Below, piece by piece: positions 16,869 through 25,254 of a stretch of DNA of 38,200 nt. Position 1 is the first letter of the stretch. Each line of letters begins with the position of its first letter. The notes under the pieces were generated by a model. The model did no database searches and was not told the DNA's origin. It saw only the letters and a list, made by a program, of their open reading frames with translations. The stretch is from Phycisphaerae bacterium (GTDB lineage Bacteria > Planctomycetota > Phycisphaerae > Phycisphaerales > SM1A02). The position numbers and the translations under genes are program-made. Location of the stretch: contig VGXK01000001.1 in assembly GCA_016873355.1 (NCBI GenBank), positions 1 to 38,200 on the forward strand, read 5' to 3'.

Positions 16869-17663
16869 TCAGATCGGGCGAGGTCCGGATCGCGTTGAGC
16901 GTCCCAGGAGATTTCCGAAGAGATGGGTGAGCGTGGGAGGTTCCATCTGCAGCGTCTCGCGCAGGTGGGCCGCGAGCAGGCGATTCGCCCGATCGAGCGT
17001 CTCGAGCGGCGCCGACGACACGCCGTCGGCGCCCGAGTTCACGCGCCGAAGCAACTCGAGCGTCTCGCGTCGCACGCGCCAGCCGTGCTCGGGCTCGATC
17101 TCGGTGAATCCGCCGCTGCGCGGGTCGAACCAGAGCGTCGCCGCACGGCCTTCCGCGTCGAGCGCGGGCTGCACGCCCGTCTCCTGGAGCAGACGCCACT
17201 GGAAACGCAGCAGCGCCTGCGCCGTCCGTGCCGCCTGTTCCGTCTGCGCCGAGACCTCCTGCGCTCGATCAGGCGACGAGCGACCGCCGACCGCGCGAAG
17301 AAGCGACGCGAACTCGTCGTAGAGGCCCGGATGCGGGTCCGCCGGCGCCACCATCCGCGCCACGAGATCGGCCGCGTAGAACGAGATGCGATTCGCCGGC
17401 AGCGAATCACGCAGTCCCGGGAAGGTCTCGAGCAGATCCCAGTCGGTGAAGGTGGCGAGCTCCGTGGTCGGCTTCACGATCACGCCGAACTCGCCGCGCG
17501 AGAGCAGGTCGATGCCGCCGCCGAAGCGCCCGCGTTCCCGGCGCGCTCCTTTCGCCAGTCCTCGCAGCACGCCGAGCGAGCGGCCGAAGACGCTCACCGT
17601 CTGGCTCGTCTCGGACCAGTCCCAATGTCGAAGGCAGATCCCCTCGTCGCGGAGGGCCGGCAT
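16869..17663 (-). CDS. recO: DNA repair protein RecO
   Basis: N-terminal OB-fold pattern DEGICLRHWDWSETSQTVSVFGRSLGVLRGLAKGARRER, with length and C-terminal helical region typical of RecO. Confidence 0.82.
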   Translation of the reverse strand: MPALRDEGICLRHWDWSETSQTVSVFGRSLGVLRGLAKGARRERGRFGGGIDLLSRGEFGVIVKPTTELATFTDWDLLETFPGLRDSLPANRISFYAADLVARMVAPADPHPGLYDEFASLLRAVGGRSSPDRAQEVSAQTEQAARTAQALLRFQWRLLQETGVQPALDAEGRAATLWFDPRSGGFTEIEPEHGWRVRRETLELLRRVNSGADGVSSAPLETLDRANRLLAAHLRETLQMEPPTLTHLFGNLLGRSTRSGPRPI

Positions 17664-17692
17664 GCCGCCATGCTACGACGAGCGCGCGGCGG

Positions 17693-18640
17693 TCAGCCGC
17701 CGGGGCCCTTGCGCTGCGTTGCGGCTTCTCGGCCGAACCGTTGGACGCAGTTCCGGCCTCGCTCCTTGGCGCGATAGAGCGCCGCGTCCGCGCACGCCAC
17801 GAGCGCCTCCTGCGACGGCGGGCCCTGCACCGACTCGAGATCGCACACGCCGAAACTCGCCGTCACCACGAGATCGCCGCTCACCGGCCACGCCTGGGAC
17901 TCGATCGCGGCGCGATGGCGCTCCGCCACTTCCGAGGCCTCGGCGACGCCCGTGTTCGGCAGGATCACGCCGAACTCCTCGCCGCCGTAGCGGCACGCGA
18001 TGTCGCTGGTGCGCCCCGACGAGAGGATCTGCGCCATGCGTTCGATCACCGTGTCGCCGAAGGGATGGCCGTACTGATCGTTGATTCGCTTGAAGCGATC
18101 CAGGTCGCACATGAGCAGCGACACCGGCTGCTTGTGGCGGATCGCCTCCGAGACCTCCTGCTGCAGGCGCTGCTCGAAGTAGCGGCGATTCCAGAGACCA
18201 CTGAGGCCGTCGATCTGCGCCTTCTGCTCGAGCATGCGGAAGAGGTGCTGCATGCGCAACGCGCTTCGCACACGCGCCCGGAGCTCCACCACTTCGAACG
18301 GCTTGGAGATGAAATCGACGGCGCCGAGATCAAGCCCGCGCACGCGATCCATCGTGTCGCCGGTGGCGCTGATGAAGATCACGGCGATCTGCTGCGTCTC
18401 CGGATCGGTCTTCAGGCGCGAGAGCACCTCGAAGCCGTCCATCTCGTCCATCTCGATGTCGAGCAGCACCACTTCGGGGTGCATCTCCCGCGCCATGCGC
18501 AGTCCTTCCGACGCCGACTGCGCGCTGAGGATCTCGATGCGCTCGTGCTGCAGCCGCACGCGCAGGAGCCGATGGATGGGCTCCGAGTCGTCGATGACCA
18601 GCAGTTTCGGAGTCGCGGGCTCGAAGACGCCGTTCCCCAT
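17693..18640 (-). CDS. Response regulator-diguanylate cyclase (REC-GGDEF)
   Basis: REC domain has LVIDDSEPI and the phospho-acceptor context VVLLDIEMDEMDG. GGDEF domain reads GLWNRRYFEQRL ... LLMCDLDRFKRINDQYGHPFGD ... with I-site RTSD five residues before an intact GGEEF. Confidence 0.92.
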   Translation of the reverse strand: MGNGVFEPATPKLLVIDDSEPIHRLLRVRLQHERIEILSAQSASEGLRMAREMHPEVVLLDIEMDEMDGFEVLSRLKTDPETQQIAVIFISATGDTMDRVRGLDLGAVDFISKPFEVVELRARVRSALRMQHLFRMLEQKAQIDGLSGLWNRRYFEQRLQQEVSEAIRHKQPVSLLMCDLDRFKRINDQYGHPFGDTVIERMAQILSSGRTSDIACRYGGEEFGVILPNTGVAEASEVAERHRAAIESQAWPVSGDLVVTASFGVCDLESVQGPPSQEALVACADAALYRAKERGRNCVQRFGREAATQRKGPGG

Positions 18641-18654
18641 GGATCACGCGAGCC

Positions 18655-18996
18655 TCAGCCCGCCTCCGTGACGCGGGCGAGCAATGACACGAACGACTCG
18701 AAGGCGCCGCGAGCGTCGTTCGACGGAGTCGACGCTCGATCCGCTCGCGCAAGGGCCGCTTCGAGCCGGGCTGCCGACTCGCCGATCTCGCCGAATCCGT
18801 AGCCTCCGGCGGCGCCCTTCATCTGATGCGCGATCGTCCGGACGCGGACCCGATCTCCGGAGCTCCACGCCTGTCGCAGTTCGTGCAATCGGTTCGGAAC
18901 TTCGGCGACGAAGAACGCCACGATCTCGCGCATCTCCGGATCATCGGCGAAACGACTGCGGATGGGGTCGGCGGTCATCGCGGCGCCATTGTCCAT
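18655..18996 (-). CDS. Single-domain Hpt (histidine phosphotransfer) protein
   Basis: Hpt signature is IAHQMKGAAGGYGF. The start is ambiguous (ATG 18996 or ATG 18978). The stop lies 14 nt before the REC-GGDEF start. Confidence 0.75.
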   Translation of the reverse strand: MDNGAAMTADPIRSRFADDPEMREIVAFFVAEVPNRLHELRQAWSSGDRVRVRTIAHQMKGAAGGYGFGEIGESAARLEAALARADRASTPSNDARGAFESFVSLLARVTEAG

Positions 18997-19275
18997 GACG
19001 ACTCGATGATCGCTCGGCGGGTTGTGGTCGATCAATGCACGCTCCTCCACTCGACCCCGGAATCTCCGATCCGCCGCGGGGCCCTCCAAGGGACATTGTG
19101 GCAGAAGGCACGACCGAAGGTGGGTCTGGACCGGGAACGCGTTCGAGTCGGCCCCTGCAAGCGGTTCGACGGCGATCGCCGTCGTGCGCCAATCGCGGGC
19201 CTTCACGCGACGCCCTACACTCGGATCGTTCTTCTTCGCCCCGCCGCACGAAAGTGCTGCGTCAGGAGCTTTCCC

Positions 19276-20256
19276 GTGATTCCCAAGCCTCCGCCCCGCG
19301 AGGGGCAGCTCGGCTTCATCTACTCGCCGCCGTACCGCATCCAGGGAATCTCGATCGCCGGCGAACAGACGGCGATCCACTGCCCCGAACTCGATCTCGC
19401 CTTCGACGTGGGACTCTGCCCGCGTCCGGTGCTCACCGCGTCGATCGTGGCGCTTTCGCACGCGCACATGGATCACTCGGCGGGCATTCCGTACTACTTC
19501 AGCCAGCGCACCTTCCAGAAGCTCGGCACGGGGCACGTGGTCTGCCATCCCGAGCTCGAAGCGCCGCTTCGCCAGATGATGGCCGGGTGGATCGATCTGG
19601 AGCGACAGCGCACGCCGCATGAGATCACGGCGCTGGCGCCCGATGCGTCGATGAGGATCCGCCCGAATCTGCTGCTCCGCGCAATCGAAGTGAGCCACAC
19701 CGGGCCGAGCCTGGGCTTCTGCGCCGTGGAGACGCGAAGCAAGCTGCGCCCCGAGTTCCGCGACCTCCCGCAGGAACGGCTGCGCGAGCTGCGCCTGGGC
19801 GGCACGGCGATCACGCACGCCGTGGAGATCCCGCTCGTGGCGTACACCGGCGACACGGAGATCGGCCCGTGTCTCTTCCGCGACGAATTCGCGCAGGCGG
19901 GAATCGTGGTCACGGAATGCACGTTCTTCGAGGCGGAACATCGAGATCGCGCCAAGGTCGGCAAGCACCTGCACGTGGAAGACCTCAAGACGCTGCTGAA
20001 GGCATGGAGCGCTCGCGACGTGGTCGTGGTGCACGTGTCGCGGCGCACGAACCTGGCGTTCGCGCGCGAGCGCCTGCGCGAAGTCTGCGGCGACGACGCG
20101 GAGCGCGTGCATCTGCTCATGGATCATCGCGCGAACCGCGCGCGATTCGAGCGTCAGCAGGCCGAGAGCGAATCCTCCGTCGCTGTCAAGGGGGAGTCCG
20201 ATGCGTCGTCGTCGAGCGAACCGCGCGACGAGGATCGCGCGTTGAATTCCGGTTGA
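19276..20256 (+). CDS. MBL-fold metallo-hydrolase (RNase Z/ElaC-like)
   Basis: GTG 19276 is preceded by AGGAG (19264-19268). The HxHxDH motif reads LSHAHMDHSAG. The upstream part of ORF 18826..20256 is antisense to the Hpt gene. Confidence 0.8.
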   Translation: MIPKPPPREGQLGFIYSPPYRIQGISIAGEQTAIHCPELDLAFDVGLCPRPVLTASIVALSHAHMDHSAGIPYYFSQRTFQKLGTGHVVCHPELEAPLRQMMAGWIDLERQRTPHEITALAPDASMRIRPNLLLRAIEVSHTGPSLGFCAVETRSKLRPEFRDLPQERLRELRLGGTAITHAVEIPLVAYTGDTEIGPCLFRDEFAQAGIVVTECTFFEAEHRDRAKVGKHLHVEDLKTLLKAWSARDVVVVHVSRRTNLAFARERLREVCGDDAERVHLLMDHRANRARFERQQAESESSVAVKGESDASSSSEPRDEDRALNSG

Positions 20257-20281
20257 CGGCCCTCGGAACTCGCTCTACATT
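20253..20281 (+). promoter_or_regulatory. Near-consensus sigma-70 promoter upstream of dnaA
   Basis: TTGACG (20253-20258), a 17-nt spacer, then TACATT (20276-20281). The -35 hexamer overlaps the stop codon of the preceding MBL gene. It would give a leader of about 180 nt before ATG 20468. Confidence 0.5.
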
Positions 20282-20467
20282 GCCGCCCGTCGAACTCACG
20301 CTCCCGCGCTGGTGGGCACTCGTGCGAGAGCTTGTGCGGAACTGGGTTGAACGGTTCGAATGCTTGGCTTCGCAGTGCGCCGACGCGCCTGCGGATTCTT
20401 TGGTGGGCGGAGTCGGTGTGTTCAGGCTGCCCGTGAGCACGCGGACGATTCCCGTGGAAGGGCGCGC

Positions 20468-21826
20468 ATGTCGCGAGCGGACCGTGAACTGCGGGACGGC
20501 ATTCTGGCGTACCTGCGGAAGCACCATTCCGGGCTCTGCCGCCACTGGTTCGACGACATCTCGGTGATCGGGATCGAGGGAGGCGTGCTGCGGCTCGTCA
20601 TGGAGGACGAGGTTCGACGCCGCTATCTGCAGCGCAGCGCGGCGCCGGCATTCGCGGAGGCGGCGCAGACGGTGACTGGGCGCCTGCTTGCCGTGCGATT
20701 CCTCGCGTCGAAGACGGGCTCGCCCGCCATCGATCGCGCCGACGGCACGAACGCGGACGGCTCGGAGCCGCCGGTGTCGCTCGACGACCAGATGATCCTG
20801 AGCCCCGACTTCAGCTTCGATCAGTTCGTGATGGGGCCGGAGAATCGGCTGGCGCATGCGGCGGCGCAGGCGGTGGCCGACCGGCCGGGGCGTGCGTACA
20901 ACCCGTTCGTCATCCACGGAGGCGTCGGACTTGGAAAGACGCACCTCCTTCAGGCCGTCTGCCAGGCGGTGCTTTCGCGCCAGCCATCGACGCGGGTGAC
21001 CTACATCAACTGCAGCACGTTCATCGACGCCTTCCACGACTGCGTGAAGGCCGGCCGCATGCCGGAGTTCCGCAACCGCTTCCGCATGGTCGACATGCTC
21101 GTCATCGACGACGTGCACCTCCTGTCGCGACACGAGCAGACGCAGGAGGAGTTCTTCCACACCTTCAACGCGCTGCACCAGGCCGGCAAGCAGATCATCC
21201 TGAGCGCCGATTCGATCCCGAACGAGATTCCGGCGCTGACCGAGCGGCTGGTCAGCCGGTTCAACTCGGGGCTGGTGGCGCGGGTCGATCGACCGGGATT
21301 CGAAACGAGAGTGGCGATCGTCAAGGCCAAGGCGCAACTCCACCAATTGACATTGCCGGAGGACGTGCCCGCATATGTCGCGGCTCGGGTGGCCTCGAAC
21401 ATCCGCGAGCTCGAGGGGGCGCTCGCGAGATTGCGGGCGCTGGCGCTGGCCACCGCGCGGCCGATCGACCTCGATCTCGCGAAGTTGGCGCTCGCCGACG
21501 AAGGGCGCCCCGACGACGAGCGCAGCCCCTCGATCCAGACGATCCTCGAAGCGGTGGTCCGCTACTACAACCTGCGGCTGGCGGACCTGCTCGGCAAGCG
21601 CCGGCACAAGTCCGTGGCATTGCCGCGGCAGGTGGCCATGTGGCTTGCGCGACGGCACACGCGGCACAGCCTGGAGGAGATCGGCGGCCACCTGGGCGGC
21701 CGTGATCACAGCACGGTGCTGCACGCGGTGCGGACGGTCGATCACCGCCGCGAACGCGATCCAACCCTGTCGAGCGACGTGGCCCGGCTCGAGCGATCGC
21801 TCGAGCGGCGGCACGCCACCGAGTGA
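20468..21826 (+). CDS. dnaA: Chromosomal replication initiator protein DnaA
   Basis: Walker A is FVIHGGVGLGKTHLLQAV and Walker B is LVIDDVHLL. The C-terminal DnaA signature reads VALPRQVAMWLARRHTRHSLEEIGGHLGGRDHSTVLHAVRTV. Start is chosen at MSRADRELRDGILAYL (domain I). Confidence 0.95.
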   Translation: MSRADRELRDGILAYLRKHHSGLCRHWFDDISVIGIEGGVLRLVMEDEVRRRYLQRSAAPAFAEAAQTVTGRLLAVRFLASKTGSPAIDRADGTNADGSEPPVSLDDQMILSPDFSFDQFVMGPENRLAHAAAQAVADRPGRAYNPFVIHGGVGLGKTHLLQAVCQAVLSRQPSTRVTYINCSTFIDAFHDCVKAGRMPEFRNRFRMVDMLVIDDVHLLSRHEQTQEEFFHTFNALHQAGKQIILSADSIPNEIPALTERLVSRFNSGLVARVDRPGFETRVAIVKAKAQLHQLTLPEDVPAYVAARVASNIRELEGALARLRALALATARPIDLDLAKLALADEGRPDDERSPSIQTILEAVVRYYNLRLADLLGKRRHKSVALPRQVAMWLARRHTRHSLEEIGGHLGGRDHSTVLHAVRTVDHRRERDPTLSSDVARLERSLERRHATE

Positions 21827-21873
21827 CTGACGGCCGGCACGACGCCCTCGGCGAGCGGTCCTGACCCTGGTCC

Positions 21874-21882
21874 TGTGGACAA
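21874..21882 (-). promoter_or_regulatory. DnaA box variant TTGTCCACA
   Basis: Plus strand reads TGTGGACAA, 8/9 match to TTATCCACA. It shares the extended context TCCACAGG with the box at 22232-22240. Confidence 0.5.
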
Positions 21883-22074
21883 CCCGTCCTCGAGCTGTCT
21901 CGCGTCGGCGTCGGCGAAGGCCGATTCCACGCCGAAATCGAGCACCCGGACGAGCCCCAGGGCGACACTGACTGCAGCGGCACCGGCAGCGACTCGCTGT
22001 TGACAGGCTTTCCACCGCGGAATCGGGTGCTCAACGCCCTGATTCCCTGCGGTTTCCAAGCCGAACGGGTTCAA

Positions 22075-22083
22075 CCATCCACA
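22075..22083 (+). promoter_or_regulatory. Degenerate DnaA-box-like site CCATCCACA
   Basis: 7/9 match to TTATCCACA, in the opposite orientation to the other two boxes. Confidence 0.3.
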
Positions 22084-22210
22084 GTCGGACAGGGCTCTCT
22101 GCTGATAGGGAGAAAGAGTTCTTATGGAAGGGTGACACCGAGCCGCCGTGGCCTGCAGGATCTGTCATCGGCGCCATGGGCCGAAGGCGGGCGTGCCGTC
22201 GAATCCGGTA

Positions 22211-23191
22211 TCAGATTCGCTGCGCGTGACCTGTGGATAACCGTCCGACGGCGAGCGGCCCGCGGGTTCGCAGGGGCTGGCACCCGGGACAGAACCAGGT
22301 GCCGCGTCCCGCGACGACGATGCGTCGAATCATCGACCGATCGCCGCGCGACCGGCAGCGCTCGCAGTCGGCGCCGGCGCGTCCGTAGACGCGATGCTGG
22401 CGCTGATACGAACCGAAATCTCCCGACGGATCTCGATAGTCGCGGACGGTGGAGCCGCCCTGTTCGATCGCGTCGCGCAGCACGATCCGGATCGCGTCGA
22501 CGAACTCGACGGCGAGGTGCGCCAGTCGATTCGCGCGGATGCAGGGATGCATGGCGATGCGGTGCATGATCTCGTCGGCGTAGATGTTGCCGATGCCGGC
22601 GACGATCGCCTGATCGAGAAGCAGGCTCTTGATCGGGCGTTTCGATCGGCGCAGCGATGCGGCAAGCTCCGTTGCATCGAGGTCGAGCGCGTCGGGACCC
22701 AGGTTCGACCAGTGCCGATCGAGTGCGCCTCGGGTCGGCAGCGCGGCGAGGCCGCCGAAACGGCGCGGATCCACGAAGCGCAGTTCGTAGTCGCGCTCGC
22801 CCGCGCGAAGCGACCACTCGGCGTGCGTGTGCGGAATCCGAGGCGCCGGCCATGGAGCCGGGCCGCCGTTCGCCCGCTGGTCGAGCAGCAGTCGCCCGCT
22901 CATGCCGAGCTGGACGAGCAGCACGCGGCCATCCTCCGCGACCAGCGCCAGTTGCTTGCCGCGGCGAACGAGCGACTCGATCGTCGCTCCGACGAGCAGC
23001 GAGCGTTCCGCGGCGGCGCTGCGGGGCCGGAGCGCCCGCTCCGGGCCTCCGCCCCGGCGCGGCAGGCGTTCATGCCGCTCGAGCGAGCGCAGCACGTCGC
23101 GCCGGCGCAGCAGTGCGCGCAGAACCGAGGCGCCCCTCAGGTGCGCCTCGAGTCGGCGGCGGATGGTCTCGACCTCGGGAAGCTCGGGCAT
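22211..23191 (-). CDS. mutM: Formamidopyrimidine-DNA glycosylase (Fpg/MutM)
   Basis: N-terminal MPELPEVE (the catalytic Pro must follow the initiator Met, which fixes the start at 23191 rather than 23221). H2TH motif is LLDQAIVAGIGNIYADEI. C-terminal zinc finger is CERC ... CPGC. Confidence 0.92.
   Translation of the reverse strand: MPELPEVETIRRRLEAHLRGASVLRALLRRRDVLRSLERHERLPRRGGGPERALRPRSAAAERSLLVGATIESLVRRGKQLALVAEDGRVLLVQLGMSGRLLLDQRANGGPAPWPAPRIPHTHAEWSLRAGERDYELRFVDPRRFGGLAALPTRGALDRHWSNLGPDALDLDATELAASLRRSKRPIKSLLLDQAIVAGIGNIYADEIMHRIAMHPCIRANRLAHLAVEFVDAIRIVLRDAIEQGGSTVRDYRDPSGDFGSYQRQHRVYGRAGADCERCRSRGDRSMIRRIVVAGRGTWFCPGCQPLRTRGPLAVGRLSTGHAQRI
22232..22240 (-). promoter_or_regulatory. 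Perfect consensus DnaA box TTATCCACA
   Basis: Plus strand reads TGTGGATAA. It lies in the last 21 codons of mutM, read in frame as TTA-TCC-ACA. I did not notice TTA codons elsewhere in the coding sequence I translated, consistent with the strong G/C third-position bias. Confidence 0.55.
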
Positions 23192-23213
23192 CGGCGCTTC
23201 ATATACTTCGCCC

Positions 23214-24290
23214 ATGTCCACTCAGCCATCGCCGCCGTCCTCGCCGCAACCAGGCCATGTGCGAAGCCAGGATCCGGTGAAGGCGATCGCCGAGACGCGG
23301 GAAGCGATCGGCCGGCTGCGCGCGGAGGTGCAGAAGGTGATCGTGGGGCAGGAGCAGGTCTTCGACCAGATCCTGCTCGCCATCTTCTGCGGCAGCCACG
23401 CGATCCTCGAAGGCGTGCCGGGACTGGCGAAGACGCTCATCATCAGCACGATCGCGAAATCGATGTCGCTCGAGTTCAGCCGCATCCAGTTCACGCCCGA
23501 CCTGATGCCGAGCGACATGACGGGCACCGAGGTGATCGAGGAGGACAAGTCGACGGGATCGCGCAGCCTTCGCTTCGTGCGCGGACCGATCTTTGCGCAC
23601 GTGGTGCTGGCGGACGAGATCAATCGCACGCCGCCGAAGACGCAGGCGGCGCTGCTCGAAGCGATGCAGGAGCGACAGGTCACCGTCGGCGGCGTGGCCC
23701 ACAAGCTGCCGACGCCGTTCTTCGTGCTCGCCACGCAGAACCCGATCGAGCAGGAAGGCACCTACCCGCTTCCCGAGGCGCAGCTCGATCGTTTCATGTT
23801 CAACATCCGCGTGCAGTACCCGAGCGAGCAGGAGGAATTCGAAGTGGTGCGCCGCACCACGAGCGGCACGGCGCCCGAGCCTTCGCCGGTGCTCGGTGCG
23901 CGCGACGTCACGCGCATCCAGGAGCTCGTGCGGCAGGTGCCGATCGCCGACCATCTCGTGCAATACGCGCTTCGGCTCGTGCGGGCGACGCGCTCCGGCG
24001 AGCACTCACCGAAGATCGTTCGCGATTACCTCTCCTGGGGCGCCGGCCCGCGCGCGAGTCAGTTCCTGGTGCTCGCCGCCAAGGCGCTTGCGGTGCTCGA
24101 GGGCGCCGAGCACGTCATGCCGGCGCACCTCCAGGCGGTGGCGCCGCCGATCCTTCGGCATCGGATCATCACGAACTTCAACGCCGAAGCCGACGGCGTC
24201 TCGAGCGATCGCATCGTCGAGACGCTGCTCGAGGAGATTCCCATCGATCGAGCCGCCGCGTCCGCACCGATCGGCCGCGTGATCTCGTAG
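23214..24290 (+). CDS. MoxR-family AAA+ ATPase
   Basis: VIVGQEQVFDQILLAIFCGSHAILEGVPGLAKT (Walker A variant typical of MoxR) and VVLADEINRTPPKTQAALLEAMQE. The start could lie a little downstream of ATG 23214. Confidence 0.92.
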   Translation: MSTQPSPPSSPQPGHVRSQDPVKAIAETREAIGRLRAEVQKVIVGQEQVFDQILLAIFCGSHAILEGVPGLAKTLIISTIAKSMSLEFSRIQFTPDLMPSDMTGTEVIEEDKSTGSRSLRFVRGPIFAHVVLADEINRTPPKTQAALLEAMQERQVTVGGVAHKLPTPFFVLATQNPIEQEGTYPLPEAQLDRFMFNIRVQYPSEQEEFEVVRRTTSGTAPEPSPVLGARDVTRIQELVRQVPIADHLVQYALRLVRATRSGEHSPKIVRDYLSWGAGPRASQFLVLAAKALAVLEGAEHVMPAHLQAVAPPILRHRIITNFNAEADGVSSDRIVETLLEEIPIDRAAASAPIGRVIS

Positions 24291-24297
24291 AAGCTTC

Positions 24298-25254
24298 ATG
24301 CGAGCCGAGCAGTACCTGGCGCCGGAGACGCTCTCGCAGCTCGCGCCGTTCTCGCTGCGGGCGCGGATGATCGTCGAGGGCGTGATGAGCGGCATGCACC
24401 GCTCTCCGTACCAGGGCCTCGCCGTCGAATTCGCGGAGCATCGTCCGTACACGCCCGGCGAAAGCCTTCGGCATCTCGACTGGAAGGTCTACGGGCGCAG
24501 CGACAAGCTCTACGTGAAGCGCTACCTCCAGGAGACGAACCTGGACGTGGTGCTGCTGATCGACGCCTCCGCGTCGATGCGCTTCGGAACGCTCGGTCAG
24601 AAGTCGGGATGGGGCGGAACCGAGGCGGGACGATCGCGCTCGCTGTGGACCAAGTTCGATTGCGCCACGGCCACGGCGGTGGCGCTCGCATACCTCTGCC
24701 TCGCGCAGCGGGACCGCGTGGGGCTCGTGCTCTTCGCCGACGGCGTGCAGGCGTCGCTGCGGCGATCGGGCGTGCGCGACCAGTGGCGCAAGATCGTGCA
24801 GGCGCTGACCACGGAACCGGTCGAACGCGCCACGATGATCGGCCGCAGCTGCGACGAAGTGCTGGCGACGACCCGCGGCCGCTGCCTCTTCTTCATCCTG
24901 AGCGACTTCCTCTTCCCGCCGGAGGAACTGCGGCTCGCGCTCGCGCGGCTGCGGCATCGAGGACACGACGTCGTGCTCGTCGAGATCCTCGACCGCCAGG
25001 AGATCCGCTTCGAGCTCGACGATCCGACGATCTTCGAGGGACTCGAAGGCGAGCCGCGCGTGATGGCGGACGCACGGCTTCTGCGGCGCGCCTACCTTGA
25101 CGAGCTCGCACGACATCGCGCGGAGATCGAACGACTCGTGCGCGGGTTCGGATACGACCGCGTGTCGCTCGACAGCCACGATTCGGTCGGTCCCGCGCTC
25201 GCCTCGCTGCTGGCGCGGCGCGAGGCGCTGGCGCGGCGGAGCGGCGCCGGATGA
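24298..25254 (+). CDS. DUF58-family (vWA-like) protein
   Basis: YVKRYLQETNLDVVLLIDASASMRFG is typical of DUF58 partners of MoxR. It starts 7 nt after the MoxR stop. Confidence 0.85.
   Translation: MRAEQYLAPETLSQLAPFSLRARMIVEGVMSGMHRSPYQGLAVEFAEHRPYTPGESLRHLDWKVYGRSDKLYVKRYLQETNLDVVLLIDASASMRFGTLGQKSGWGGTEAGRSRSLWTKFDCATATAVALAYLCLAQRDRVGLVLFADGVQASLRRSGVRDQWRKIVQALTTEPVERATMIGRSCDEVLATTRGRCLFFILSDFLFPPEELRLALARLRHRGHDVVLVEILDRQEIRFELDDPTIFEGLEGEPRVMADARLLRRAYLDELARHRAEIERLVRGFGYDRVSLDSHDSVGPALASLLARREALARRSGAG

Larger units (their letters stand above)
21827..22245. other. Candidate oriC (non-coding dnaA-mutM gap plus the mutM 3' tail)
   Basis: 384 bp without a credible ORF. It contains DnaA-box-like 9-mers and the most AT-rich stretch I saw in the window (22104-22130, 11 G/C of 27 nt). 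Confidence 0.45.

Noticed and set aside
22000-22005. A perfect -35 hexamer TTGACA in the dnaA-mutM gap.
   Set aside because: No acceptable -10 element lies 16-18 nt downstream (TCGGGT/ATCGGG) and no downstream plus-strand gene or recognisable RNA is present.
21742-22074. A 110-aa minus-strand ORF in the dnaA-mutM gap.
   Set aside because: It overlaps the dnaA 3' end by 85 nt, has no RBS or recognisable motif and is low-complexity. The region is better explained as non-coding origin-type DNA.
22196-22214. The minus-strand 19-mer CTGATACCGGATTCGACGG matches 17/19 positions of the conserved tmRNA 5' region as I recall it (E. coli CUGAUUCUGGAUUCGACGG). The dnaA-mutM gap is about tmRNA-sized.
   Set aside because: The bases preceding it are GAAT, not the GGGG acceptor start. 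I find no T-arm (GGTTCGAxTCC-like) or terminal CCA with complementarity anywhere in 21827-22215. There is no tag reading frame ending in hydrophobic residues plus a stop. The CTGA also contains the mutM stop codon. An Infernal scan with the tmRNA models would settle it.
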